Below are positions 9,916 to 20,020 of a stretch of DNA of 64,000 nucleotides, piece after piece (the first letter of the stretch is position 1; each line of letters begins with the position of its first letter). This DNA is from Candidatus Hodarchaeota archaeon. Lineage in GTDB: Archaea; Asgardarchaeota; Lokiarchaeia; Sigyniarchaeales; SOKP01. Under the pieces are notes generated by a model, which saw nothing but the letters and a program-made list of their open reading frames with translations, did not search any database and had not been told where the DNA came from. The position numbers were made by a program, and so were the translations under genes. The stretch spans positions 32,001 through 96,000 of the forward strand of contig JBHLKM010000008.1 in NCBI GenBank assembly GCA_048886685.1. Direction: 5' to 3'.

Positions 9916-10903
9916 TTGATGAAATTAGACCACTCCGAACCAATAACCATAATCTACGATACAGATATGGATTTGGATTGTGATGATGCAAGAGCTCTTG
10001 CAATGCTTCATGCCTTAATGGATTTTAAGGAAGCTAAGATTTTAGGAGTTATAGTTGACGTTCCATTTGAAGCTTCGGCGAAATGTGTTATGATAATTAA
10101 TAATTATTACTACTGTCCTGAAATTCAAGTTAGATTATTAGAAGATAGAGACTATAAGATGGGGGAAAAAATATCAATTATACCGTGATACTAAAAAGCA
10201 ACTTGCTAAATATGTAAACTATTACGCTGGTAAGATTGTAGAACATTACTCATCAGATATTACAAAAAGTCAAAAGATATGGGAATTCGTTACTTTATAT
10301 CGACATTTATTATCAAACTCCGAAAATCATTCTGTTGTTATTATCGCGGTAGGATTGCTTATTGCATTAAAAGCTCTTTTAGATTCACCTCCAGATAATC
10401 TCTCTCCTCTAAATGGGACAGGTCTTGTGAAACTAAAAGTAAAAAAACTTGTTACTATGGGGATCGGGAGGTTTCCAAGTACTCAAGCAGAATTTAATTG
10501 GTTAATGGACTGGGAAAGTGCGCGTTTTGTTATCATTCATTGGCCTACTGAACTTGTAGTACAATCTAATGGTACTGAGTTCTTTATTGGAAATAAATTG
10601 TCCATTAAAACACCAGAATCAAACCCAGTTCGCAAAATTTATGAAACATGCCTAAAAGATCCTAAAAGAGGGAATTCTAGTTGGGATCTCATAGCAACTT
10701 TCTATGGCGTTAGAGGGTGTGATGTGTACCTCGAAGAAAAAAGAGATTACCGTATAACTCTTGAATCTGAACGCGGGAAAAATCATTGGGTTTCAGATAA
10801 AAATAATGAATTTAATCACTTATTTTTAACTTAAGTACCTCCAATAATAAAATTTAAGGAAGTTCTAGAAGATCTCCTAACTAAACAACCAAATAAAATA
10901 TAA
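9916..10903 (+). pseudogene. Nucleoside hydrolase family pseudogene (frameshift plus premature stop)
   Basis: DTDMDLDCDD motif in 9916-10188. An extra base in the G5A6 run (~10161-10171) shifts the reading frame to the one continuing KYQLYRD...SVVIIAVGLL...AEFNW...SSWD. In-frame TAA at 10832-10834 is followed by a plausible C-terminal helix VPPIIKFKEVLEDLLTKQPNKI ending at 10903. Confidence 0.8.
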
Positions 10904-10911
10904 AGATAATT

Positions 10912-12585
10912 TTAGTCTCTTTTTATCTCGTATCCCGCTTTTTCTCTGTCATACGTAGTATCTGTTATACCACGTTCTTTAAGGAAACGCTTCATTATTC
11001 TATGTACTTCACTCTTCGGTAATTTTTCTACAAAATCAATGTATCGTGGTATCATAAAATATGCCATTTTGCCTTGGCAGAAATCTAAAAGCTCTTCAGG
11101 AGTCATCGATTCTCCTGGTTTCAAAACTACAGCAACCATCACTTCATCTTCTCCTAATTCTGATTTAACACCATAAGCAGCACACTCTAGAACTTTATCA
11201 TGTAAATTTATTACTTTTTCAATGCTAAACGATGCAATGTTTTCGCCACGCCTTCTAATAGAATCTTTCTTTCTGTCTACGAAGAAATACCAACCATCTT
11301 TATCTTTATATGCCATATCACCTGTATGGAACCATTTTTGACCATCCTTCCCTTCCCGTATTAAGTTTTTTGATGCTTCTTCGTCCTTATAATATTTCAC
11401 TTGCCGTTCTTTCACTTCCGTATCTTTTACGAGAAACACTAATTCCCCAATTTTTTCAGGTTCTTCAAGTATCACTCCGTTATCATCCATGATTCCTGCT
11501 ACAGCACCCATAGCTGGTTTTCCCATCGATCCAACAGGTACTTTATCCGATCCTTGGGCACCTAGAGTAAAACCAGCTCCATCCGTTGCCCCATAACCTT
11601 CATTAATTTTTACACCAAATCGTTCTTCAAAAGCTACCCATAATTCTCTAGGACAAGCAGCTGAACCAATGTTTCTCACATTATGTTCTTCATCATTCGG
11701 TCTTTCTGGCTGTTTCATTAGTATGGGAATCATAGCTCCAAGTGTGTTAAAAGTAGTCACACCATACTTCCGACAAATATCCCAATGACGACTTGCACTA
11801 AATCTTTTACCAAGAATTAAAGGTCTCTCAGCAAAATATGCTGATAAAGTTGTTAAGAATAACGCATTTGAATGAAATAAAGGTAGACTTGTAAAAAGAA
11901 CTTCGTCTTTGGGGATCCTAAAACTAGCAAAAGCTATTAGAGTTTGAAGGTTAAGACCTACGAGCAACCTGCCTTGCCAAAACATTATTGCCTTTGGTAG
12001 ACCTGTAGTGCCAGCTGTATACATAAGCATGCATAGATCATCTACGCTAATCTCAACTTCAATATCTTCTTCAGATGTCTTCATTACTTCTTGAAAAGAA
12101 AAAATTCCTTCTGGTAATTTAAAATCTTCAGCTGCTTCACTGGTGTCAACTATAATATATTTTACCTTAGGTAATTGGGTCCTAATATCTAAAATCGCGT
12201 TTAAGAAAGACCAATGGACAACAACGGCTTTAGCATCTGAATGATCTATTATATATCTTAGCCCTTCTCCCCTTAATGAGATATTAACTAATACAGAATA
12301 CATTCCGGCTTTGAATGTAGCAAATATTGTATATAAAAACTCAGGAGAATTGATTTCCATTAAAGCCACGCCGTCACCCTTTTTAAGTCCTATGTTATAT
12401 AAACCATTTGCTAAACGGTTTGACATTAAATGCATATCCTTATAAGTGTATTTTTCATCGATTCCTTTATCAAAGTCCCTAATGTACGTCATAAAAACCT
12501 TATCTCCTACAGTTTCTGCCTTATTTTTCACAACTTCCCTTAATATTGTATCACTTTTTACTACAAATTTTTCAGTTGTCGACAT
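10912..12585 (-). CDS. Acyl-CoA synthetase (CaiC-like, AMP-binding)
   Basis: YTAGTTGLPK, LPLFHSNAL, EGYGATD, HTGD, DRKKDSIRRRGENI. Confidence 0.95.
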   Translation of the reverse strand: MSTTEKFVVKSDTILREVVKNKAETVGDKVFMTYIRDFDKGIDEKYTYKDMHLMSNRLANGLYNIGLKKGDGVALMEINSPEFLYTIFATFKAGMYSVLVNISLRGEGLRYIIDHSDAKAVVVHWSFLNAILDIRTQLPKVKYIIVDTSEAAEDFKLPEGIFSFQEVMKTSEEDIEVEISVDDLCMLMYTAGTTGLPKAIMFWQGRLLVGLNLQTLIAFASFRIPKDEVLFTSLPLFHSNALFLTTLSAYFAERPLILGKRFSASRHWDICRKYGVTTFNTLGAMIPILMKQPERPNDEEHNVRNIGSAACPRELWVAFEERFGVKINEGYGATDGAGFTLGAQGSDKVPVGSMGKPAMGAVAGIMDDNGVILEEPEKIGELVFLVKDTEVKERQVKYYKDEEASKNLIREGKDGQKWFHTGDMAYKDKDGWYFFVDRKKDSIRRRGENIASFSIEKVINLHDKVLECAAYGVKSELGEDEVMVAVVLKPGESMTPEELLDFCQGKMAYFMIPRYIDFVEKLPKSEVHRIMKRFLKERGITDTTYDREKAGYEIKRD

Positions 12586-12715
12586 GCTTAATAACCTAAA
12601 TTTGAATTTTTTAAAATTAATTGAGATTCTATGGTAATTAGTTTTTTATTTTAGAAATTAATGAAGATTTTTATCTTTATTGAAAGCCCTGTTAATTAGG
12701 TTTAAAATACTATTT

Positions 12716-14569
12716 CTAGGTAAAAATTTCTTTTATCAATGATTCTAAGAAAGGAAAGTCTTTTAATTCAAGAACTTGACCTGTCTTGTAATATTTATTT
12801 AGAATTTTTTGAACGGAAGCATCTTTTTGGATTAGTAAGGCAAACTTATCTAATTTTTGGATAGCTTTGTAAGATTGTCCTTTGAATAGATAGCATATTA
12901 AGAAAGGTTTATTTGATCTCATGAGCGCCGTTTGTTGACCAAATTTAACCCGGTCAATCCCTTCAGAGAAGAACTCATCACTTATAGAATTAAATACGGT
13001 TAAAAAACTTCCAAAAAGCTCGTTATCGCGATTCCATTCGTTCACAAAAGGATACGAGAACGTGAGAATACCTCCTTCGGATACAATCAAGAGTAACAAT
13101 GGAGATTCATCGCTTAACTCAGGTGGTTTTATAGCAAGTCTTCCTTGCATCCTATCAACGGTATTGTCTAATAATGCTAAGTCCATTCGCTCAGAAATTG
13201 GTGCTTTAGTGCTTTTAAGAGTTTCCCATTTGTTTAACTGTTCTAATAATCTATCATGTTCACTTGAGATTGCTCGAGCTAATAATTGGAGACCATAAGA
13301 CTCTGCGATATCTTGTGCTTTAGTTAAATACCTTCTTGCATCTCCCATGTTCATTTGAAGCAAGGAAATTTGTCCCTGCAACAAAAGAGTATGACTATGT
13401 AATGAAATGGATTTAGTGCGTTTTGTTTCCTTTAGTAATTTATCGATCAGAGGTATAATATCATCCAGAATTCCCAGGTCATTAGTTGAGCGTAATTCTT
13501 CAAGGTAATAATCGCAAAGTTCAACTATCGGATAATTTGGCCACGCTGATAGGACACCAAGAGTACTACTACTTTTTATTTTATCACGTCTTTCAATTTC
13601 TTGAATAAGAAATCTTTCAGCTTCGGCTCTCTCTCGAGTTCGAGTACTCCTTCGCAATATCCGTGCTTTTGATAATAAATACATGGGAAAATCCTCAGGA
13701 ATTTTGTTTTTTTCAAAGTATTCACGGTATCGTCTTAAATATTTCTGAGCTTGCTCAAACGACTTCTTATCTAACGCGATTTTAATCAGAGAATCATATC
13801 TCCAACCAACCTCATGAAGAAATACGGGAATATTTATGCTTTCAAAAAAAGGAAGACTCTTTTCAATATATTCAATTGCTAAATCTAATTTCCCTTGTTG
13901 ATAGTAAACATTTCCGATGCCATTTAAATTAGAAGCAATAATTCCTTTAGATAATAAATCTTGTCCCTTAGATATGTCTAAGCTTCTCAAGAGATACTTT
14001 AAGGCTTCATCTAATTCTCCTTTTTCTTCATACGAAATTCCGATTAAATATAAGGAAAAAGGTACAAGTCCAGCAAATGACAGAATTTTTTCAAAGGTTA
14101 GAAGACTCTTTTTTTGGTGCTCTATAGCAAGATCATATTTCTGTTCCCACCAATAAAAAAGACCCTTAATGAACGACACTCTAGCTTCCCCCTCTTCAAA
14201 TTCAGAAGAAGGTTCTTGCGCGGCAGATTGGAGCAATATTTCAAAAGTTTCAAGGTCTTTTGAAAATTCCTGAGGTCGCCCAAGAAAGTATAATGCCCAG
14301 AATTTAATCCAAAGCGACGCAATTGAAAGAAGCGGTTTACCTAACTTTTGACTTTCTTGATAAAGTTGTTCCCCAATACTAAGACTTTTTACGAATTCTG
14401 TTTGGTTTAGTTTAACATCCCCTTTAAAAATCTTGAGTCTGAGTTCCTCTGTGGGTGTAAGGTTCATTTTTTCTTTAAAATCGTCTATTAACTGTATAGC
14501 TTCTTTATATTTTGCTTCAATTAGAAGGCGATAACCACGCTCCAGTACTTTATCAAATGAATCGGACAT
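12716..14569 (-). CDS. Tetratricopeptide repeat protein with C-terminal longin-like domain (Asgard-type)
   Basis: TPR units (SLYLIGISYEEKGELDEALKYLLRSL; NLNGIGNVYYQQGKLDLAIEYIEKSL); C-terminal LLIVSEGGILTFSY...LFGSFLTVFNSISDEFF...FLICYLF longin-like beta-beta-alpha-beta pattern. Confidence 0.75.
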   Translation of the reverse strand: MSDSFDKVLERGYRLLIEAKYKEAIQLIDDFKEKMNLTPTEELRLKIFKGDVKLNQTEFVKSLSIGEQLYQESQKLGKPLLSIASLWIKFWALYFLGRPQEFSKDLETFEILLQSAAQEPSSEFEEGEARVSFIKGLFYWWEQKYDLAIEHQKKSLLTFEKILSFAGLVPFSLYLIGISYEEKGELDEALKYLLRSLDISKGQDLLSKGIIASNLNGIGNVYYQQGKLDLAIEYIEKSLPFFESINIPVFLHEVGWRYDSLIKIALDKKSFEQAQKYLRRYREYFEKNKIPEDFPMYLLSKARILRRSTRTRERAEAERFLIQEIERRDKIKSSSTLGVLSAWPNYPIVELCDYYLEELRSTNDLGILDDIIPLIDKLLKETKRTKSISLHSHTLLLQGQISLLQMNMGDARRYLTKAQDIAESYGLQLLARAISSEHDRLLEQLNKWETLKSTKAPISERMDLALLDNTVDRMQGRLAIKPPELSDESPLLLLIVSEGGILTFSYPFVNEWNRDNELFGSFLTVFNSISDEFFSEGIDRVKFGQQTALMRSNKPFLICYLFKGQSYKAIQKLDKFALLIQKDASVQKILNKYYKTGQVLELKDFPFLESLIKEIFT

Positions 14570-14643
14570 GTTAATTATTTGACATTTTTGTTTTCAAAAC
14601 AATAAAAATATAAAAAAAGATAGAATAAAAATATTGCTTATTA

Positions 14644-16179
14644 TTAATCTTCTACGAGATGTTCTGTATAATCATGGTCGTAAGAATATAAATGGAACTT
14701 ATTTGGGCTCAAGAGGTAGTTTGGATCAACCGCCTTTTTCATGTCTTTAAAGAATTGCATAAATTCGGGAGTATAGGCCCCCGCTTCTACAATTGACTGA
14801 CTAATAGATTCTCCTAACCAGTAATGCGCGCCACCATACCGAACTTGATGCCGGATCTTCTTATGCCAAATGTTCATAGTCGCTTCACGGTTTTCATCAG
14901 TGTTGTCACCTCCGAGACCTCCTACAATCACACAGTTTCCATTGGGCAAAAACATTAAGAATGCGGCAAAAACGGGGTATGGGGGATTCCCCGGTGGAAA
15001 TTCTTTCGCATTGCTTATATTGAATTGTACTCCTTTTTGAACACTTTCATTTAACCTGGAAATCGCAACCTTGTGACATGTTGTACATGAGATTTTAGGT
15101 GGGGCAGTTGAGATATATTTTTGAAAGAAGTTGAACTCTTCTTTTAGTGTGAACTTCCAGTCTTTTGACAATTTCATGTCTAAATCAATCTCCTGCCATT
15201 CAAATGGTCGACACACATCATCTTGTAACATAATCTCATTAGTTTTTTCAAGATAGATATCTAAAATTCGTTGATCAGTTGCTTCTAATGTCACTGAAAA
15301 TACTGGTCCGGTTATTTTTGGTCTTTTACTGGGTTTATTTACAACTTGAGTTGATAATAGTTGAAACAATATGGATGGCCATACCATTAAATCATTTAAA
15401 CCATCCCCCACTTCTTTGCGTAGTTTATGACCAATCTTAAATACCTGATTATAGTCATCCTTTAAAAGCATATAATATCTCCGTACTTTAAATGGAGGAT
15501 CTGGGAATAATCTTAGGAATGCTTTGCATTTAATTCCCATAGTGCCAACATCTCCCATAAATAATCCTGTAAAATCTGGGGCAACACCATATCGGCAGAA
15601 AGGAGTAGCATATTGGTTTGCTGCTGACCCTGTTCTTACAATTGTTCCTTGGGGATTAGGAAGTACTACTTCAACTCCAAGACATATGTCTGGTACTATA
15701 CCATATTTCGTAGAACTAAATCCTACTGTAGCATTTGAGAGTCCTCCACCGATTGTCGCTGAATAACCGCTTCCAGGTCCAAGAATTCCTGTAGTCATCC
15801 CTTTTTTCTGTAATTCTGAGAGCATAGACCCCCATGTGATCCCACATCCAACGATGCAGTAATAATCATCCACGTTAATTTCATGGATTTGGTTCATTCG
15901 GGTAAGGTCGATAAGAATACCTCCTTCAGTAGTTGATCCCCCAACAAGATCTGCACCTCCACCTCGAGGAACCATGGGAATTTTGTATTTATTAGCAATT
16001 TTTACGATTTCAGATACTTCTTCCGTTGTTTCTGGCTTTACAATTATATCAGCCCAGCGGTCAGGAAAAGCAGGATCGACACCTCTCGAGTATGCTGCTT
16101 TCATAAAATCCGCATCGGATATGAAGTCTGATCCAATGACATCTTCTATTTCTTTATACGCATTTTTAACCTTGGACAT
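14644..16179 (-). CDS. FAD-binding oxidoreductase, paralogue 2
   Basis: PRGGGADLVGG, ATIGGGLSN, GVEVVLP, GGAHYWLGE, MKKAVDPNYLLSPNK. Confidence 0.9.
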   Translation of the reverse strand: MSKVKNAYKEIEDVIGSDFISDADFMKAAYSRGVDPAFPDRWADIIVKPETTEEVSEIVKIANKYKIPMVPRGGGADLVGGSTTEGGILIDLTRMNQIHEINVDDYYCIVGCGITWGSMLSELQKKGMTTGILGPGSGYSATIGGGLSNATVGFSSTKYGIVPDICLGVEVVLPNPQGTIVRTGSAANQYATPFCRYGVAPDFTGLFMGDVGTMGIKCKAFLRLFPDPPFKVRRYYMLLKDDYNQVFKIGHKLRKEVGDGLNDLMVWPSILFQLLSTQVVNKPSKRPKITGPVFSVTLEATDQRILDIYLEKTNEIMLQDDVCRPFEWQEIDLDMKLSKDWKFTLKEEFNFFQKYISTAPPKISCTTCHKVAISRLNESVQKGVQFNISNAKEFPPGNPPYPVFAAFLMFLPNGNCVIVGGLGGDNTDENREATMNIWHKKIRHQVRYGGAHYWLGESISQSIVEAGAYTPEFMQFFKDMKKAVDPNYLLSPNKFHLYSYDHDYTEHLVED

Positions 16180-16395
16180 TTATTTCACCAATTTTTAAAA
16201 ATATAATAATTAAAAGATAGACCTAATATCCTAATAAACGTTACTTACATAATCGGTAACTTATTAGAATAAGTTTGAAAATATTTGTAAGATTTAAGAA
16301 CTATATATATATTAATTCAAATAAAAGATGAATATAATGAGAATTATAATTAAGATTTTTCGCTGTTTTATTCATGAACCTTTGAGGGGGGGATC

Positions 16396-17478
16396 ATGCC
16401 TGCAGTAAGACCGTCGGATGGTCCGGTTGCGGTGACAGGTGCCTCGGGTTATGTCGGTTCCCATGTGGTGACCGCGTTGATGAGGCATGGGTATACTATA
16501 CATGCTTGTGTGAGAGATCCGAACAACCCTGATAAGACTGACCATTTATTGGCACTTAATGAAGGCGATTACCCTGGTCATTTGGAACTATTTACTGCCA
16601 ATCTACTCGATGAGGGTAGTTATGATACAGCATTTAAAGATTGTAGTGCCGTGCTTCATGTTGGCACACCTATGGGTTATGGCGGCGATAATAATCCCCG
16701 ACAGATTTACAATGGTGCAATAAATGGCACCAAGAACGTCCTCAATTCAGTTAAGAAAGTGGGTACGGTTAAGCGGTTTATTTATACGAGCTCTTTTTCA
16801 GCAATCCATCACCCAATGAAGTCTGGATATATCTTTACTGAGAAAGATTGGGCTTCAGACAATCGTGAGAACGATCCGACCTGGAGTAAAGACAGGATCG
16901 ACCTAGATGGGGAGATGGCTTATTCGATGGCCAAAGTTGAGACCGAGAAAATGGCCTACAAATTTGCTGAGGATGATGGTCGTTTCGATGTTATTTCTGT
17001 CTGTCCCATTGCCGTGTTGGGGCCACTTCTCTCCCGGGTGCATGAGCGACCGGGTTCTTGGCAATGGGAGCTTGGTCGTATGCTAGAGGGCAAAACTGTC
17101 CAACGTGCTTGGAATTGGTTGTGGAATATCGTTGATGTACGCGATGTTGGCGAATCACAGACGCTAATGATCGAGAGTAACGTCTGTAAGAATGGATGGC
17201 GCTATATCTTGAGTGCTACAGACGAATCAGGAGAACTTAACGCGTTACAACTTCAAACGCACCTGCAAAAGTTATTCCCACAAATCGATGTGGGCGGTCC
17301 TCCTGATGAAATCAATGTGATCATCGAAAAATATGGCAATGTCTACCAATCGCCACTCGCCCATTGTGATCGAGCCCGAGAGGAACTTGGTCTCAAGACT
17401 CATGCTATCGAGGATACATTGCGAGAGACTGGGCAAACTATGATCGATTTTGGTCTGGTGAAGCCAGCTTTGAAGTAG
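16396..17478 (+). CDS. NAD-dependent epimerase/dehydratase (dihydroflavonol reductase-like extended SDR)
   Basis: VTGASGYVGSH, YTSSFSA, YSMAK, VDVRDV; visibly higher GC than flanks. Confidence 0.9.
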   Translation: MPAVRPSDGPVAVTGASGYVGSHVVTALMRHGYTIHACVRDPNNPDKTDHLLALNEGDYPGHLELFTANLLDEGSYDTAFKDCSAVLHVGTPMGYGGDNNPRQIYNGAINGTKNVLNSVKKVGTVKRFIYTSSFSAIHHPMKSGYIFTEKDWASDNRENDPTWSKDRIDLDGEMAYSMAKVETEKMAYKFAEDDGRFDVISVCPIAVLGPLLSRVHERPGSWQWELGRMLEGKTVQRAWNWLWNIVDVRDVGESQTLMIESNVCKNGWRYILSATDESGELNALQLQTHLQKLFPQIDVGGPPDEINVIIEKYGNVYQSPLAHCDRAREELGLKTHAIEDTLRETGQTMIDFGLVKPALK

Positions 17479-17539
17479 ATTTGGAAGTTAGGTAGCTTTA
17501 TGTATAAATTTGGTAAAAATTAAATAAATTCCTTATTTT

Positions 17540-18202
17540 TTGAATGTAATGACAGATTTTAACGAAGAATTTAAAGATACATTAAAATCTACATTTTTTT
17601 TAGATTGGAAACATCCATCAGTCTTACAAAAAGCTAAAGAGCTGACAGATGGAATTGAAGATGATATTGGGAAGGCAATTAAACTTTTTTATTTTGTACG
17701 AGACGGGATAAGATATTCAGTTAAAGATTCTCCTTTGTCTTTTAACAAGGAAGAATGGAAACCGAGTTTAACTCTGGAAAAAGGATATGGATTTTGCATC
17801 CCTAAGGCGATTTTATTGGCATCATTAGCCAGAGCAGTTGGAATTCCTTCAAGACTTCATTTTGTTGATATTGTTAACCATATGACTAGTGAGAGGCTCA
17901 AAAAAGATATGGGGAGCAACCTTTTCATATTTCATGGTTTCGTTGAACTTTTCTTAAATGGGAAATGGGTAGAAGCGAATTGTGCTTTTGATAAAGAGCT
18001 GTGTATAAGAAAAAATTTCCCATGGGTAGATTTTGATGGTGTAAAAGACGGACTTTTTGCAAGTACAACTGAAGACGGAGAACCATTTGTGGAGTATATC
18101 AAGGATCGAGGTGTTTACAATGATGCACCTCACCAAGAGATTATGGAAACGTGGGCTATGGAATATCCCAACCGTTATAAAAAGAGTGAGACACCTATTT
18201 AA
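17540..18202 (+). CDS. Transglutaminase-like family protein
   Basis: FYFVRDGIRY, GFCIPKAILLASLARAVGIPSRL, FHGFVELFLNGKWV. Confidence 0.88.
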   Translation: MNVMTDFNEEFKDTLKSTFFLDWKHPSVLQKAKELTDGIEDDIGKAIKLFYFVRDGIRYSVKDSPLSFNKEEWKPSLTLEKGYGFCIPKAILLASLARAVGIPSRLHFVDIVNHMTSERLKKDMGSNLFIFHGFVELFLNGKWVEANCAFDKELCIRKNFPWVDFDGVKDGLFASTTEDGEPFVEYIKDRGVYNDAPHQEIMETWAMEYPNRYKKSETPI

Positions 18203-18304
18203 TTCATATCTGAAAGCTTTTGGAAAAAAACTCTAAGAAGTAAATTTTATTAGTAGTTCAAATCTAATTCTTTATAACTCATATTAATAAAAATGGCTAT
18301 TACA

Positions 18305-19840
18305 ATGTCAAAAGTTAAAAGTGCATATAAAGAAATTGAAAATGTCATTGGAGAAGATTTTATAACTGATAAAGATTTTATGAAAGCGGCATATTCTCGG
18401 AACGTAGATCCGGCGTTTCCCGATCGATGGGCTGACATGATCGTGCGTCCTGAAACCACCGAAGAAGTGTCTGAGATTGTAAAAATTGCAAATAAATATA
18501 AAATACATATGGTTCCACGTGGGGGTGGAGCTGACCTTGTTGGGGGTTCAACTACTGAAGGTGGAATCCTTATTGATCTTACTCGAATGAATAAGATTTT
18601 GGAGATTAACGAAGATGATTACTATTACGTAGTTGAATGTGGAGTTACTTGGGGAGCATTATTATCAGAATTACATCCAAGAGGTCTAACTTCTGGAGTC
18701 ACAGGACCGGGAAGTGGATTCTCTGCTACGATTGGTGGGGGTCTATCTAATAGCACAGCTGGAGGAGGGTCAACAAAATATGGATTAGTTCCAGACGTAT
18801 GCTTAGGCGTGGAAGTGGTACTCCCTAATCCTCAAGGAACAATTATACGTACAGGATCAGCAGCTAACCAGTATGCTACACCGTTCTGTAGGTATGGCGT
18901 TGCTCCAGATTTCACAGGGCTCTTTATGGGAGATGTCGGCACCATGGGAATAAAGACGAAAGCATTTATGAGGCTTTTTCCAGATCCTCCATTTAAGGCA
19001 TCTCGGACTTATGTGTTTAACAAAAATGATTATAATAAAGTATTTGAGAAGGCTCATAAACTACGCAAAGAAGTGGGAGATGGATTACTTGGTTTAAGTG
19101 TTTTACCATATGAAATAACAATGATAATGGCAGCTCGAATGGCAGCAGAAGGAACTAAAAGGCCACGAATTAGAGGGCCTCTATTGGCGGTGTCATTGGA
19201 AGCTACAGATCAACGAATACTAGATGTATATATTGAGAAAGTTGATGATATAATGATAAAAGATGAATCTACTCGCCCTATTTCACTTGCGGAAATTGAT
19301 CCATCTAGAGCTCGACCTGATACATGGCAATATAACTTAAAAGCAAGTTTTAACTATTTTCACAATTTAATTTCTGTAGCGCCTCCGAAAGTTACCTGTA
19401 CAACATGCCACAAAGTACCAATGTCTGGGTTACCTGAATTATCAAAAAAAGCCCAACAATTTGATATTGACCATAATAAGACTTATCCTCCTGGTACTAT
19501 GGCTATTTGGGCCGGTGTTGTCGCTTTTATGCCTAATGGGAATTGTATATTTGTTGGTGGTTTTAACGCTGATAATGTTAAAGAAAAACGACAGCTCTCT
19601 ATGGATCTCTGGCATAAAAAAATAAGGTACCAAGTTCGATATGGAGGTGTTCACTACTGGCTTGGTGAATCTATCTCACAATCGATTACGGAATCAGGGG
19701 CTTTTACAGATAATTTTGAGCAATTTTTTAGAGATATGAAGAAGGCGGTTGACCCAAATTACTTGCTTTCTCCTAACAAGTTCCATTTGCATACTTATGA
19801 TTCAAAATTCGCAGATTATTATGTACCTGATAAAGAATAA
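18305..19840 (+). CDS. FAD-binding oxidoreductase, paralogue 3
   Basis: Same motifs as paralogue 2 (GGVHYWLGE); start placed at the MSKVK ATG shared with paralogues (ORF track start is 18293). Confidence 0.9.
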   Translation: MSKVKSAYKEIENVIGEDFITDKDFMKAAYSRNVDPAFPDRWADMIVRPETTEEVSEIVKIANKYKIHMVPRGGGADLVGGSTTEGGILIDLTRMNKILEINEDDYYYVVECGVTWGALLSELHPRGLTSGVTGPGSGFSATIGGGLSNSTAGGGSTKYGLVPDVCLGVEVVLPNPQGTIIRTGSAANQYATPFCRYGVAPDFTGLFMGDVGTMGIKTKAFMRLFPDPPFKASRTYVFNKNDYNKVFEKAHKLRKEVGDGLLGLSVLPYEITMIMAARMAAEGTKRPRIRGPLLAVSLEATDQRILDVYIEKVDDIMIKDESTRPISLAEIDPSRARPDTWQYNLKASFNYFHNLISVAPPKVTCTTCHKVPMSGLPELSKKAQQFDIDHNKTYPPGTMAIWAGVVAFMPNGNCIFVGGFNADNVKEKRQLSMDLWHKKIRYQVRYGGVHYWLGESISQSITESGAFTDNFEQFFRDMKKAVDPNYLLSPNKFHLHTYDSKFADYYVPDKE

Positions 19841-19946
19841 ATCTTTTTTTTCAGTTTTTTTTATTATATATTTTGAAGTAAATCAGTTATCAACTCAATT
19901 TGCTCTAATTCATTTAATGAAAGGATAGCAAATTATAGAAAGAGAT

Positions 19947-19980
19947 TTAAGAATAATTGTTAAATTTGATTCAACATTAA
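19947..19980 (+). promoter_or_regulatory. Conserved upstream block, copy 1 (duplicated promoter/operator)
   Basis: TTAAGAATAATTGTTAAATTTGATTCAACATTAA; a near-identical copy lies at 21601-21634. Confidence 0.55.
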
Positions 19981-20020
19981 TGGTAAATCAATTAATACTC
20001 AAAATGATGAATAGATAAAA

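Noticed and set aside
10158-10175. Programmed -1 frameshift at the G/A run
   Set aside because: Restoring the frame needs +1 (or -2), the G GGA AAA heptamer is out of phase, and a second nonsense lesion exists downstream
10186-10191. TGA ending the nucleoside hydrolase N-terminal ORF as a possible selenocysteine codon
   Set aside because: Readthrough hits TAA two codons later; homology continues only in another frame
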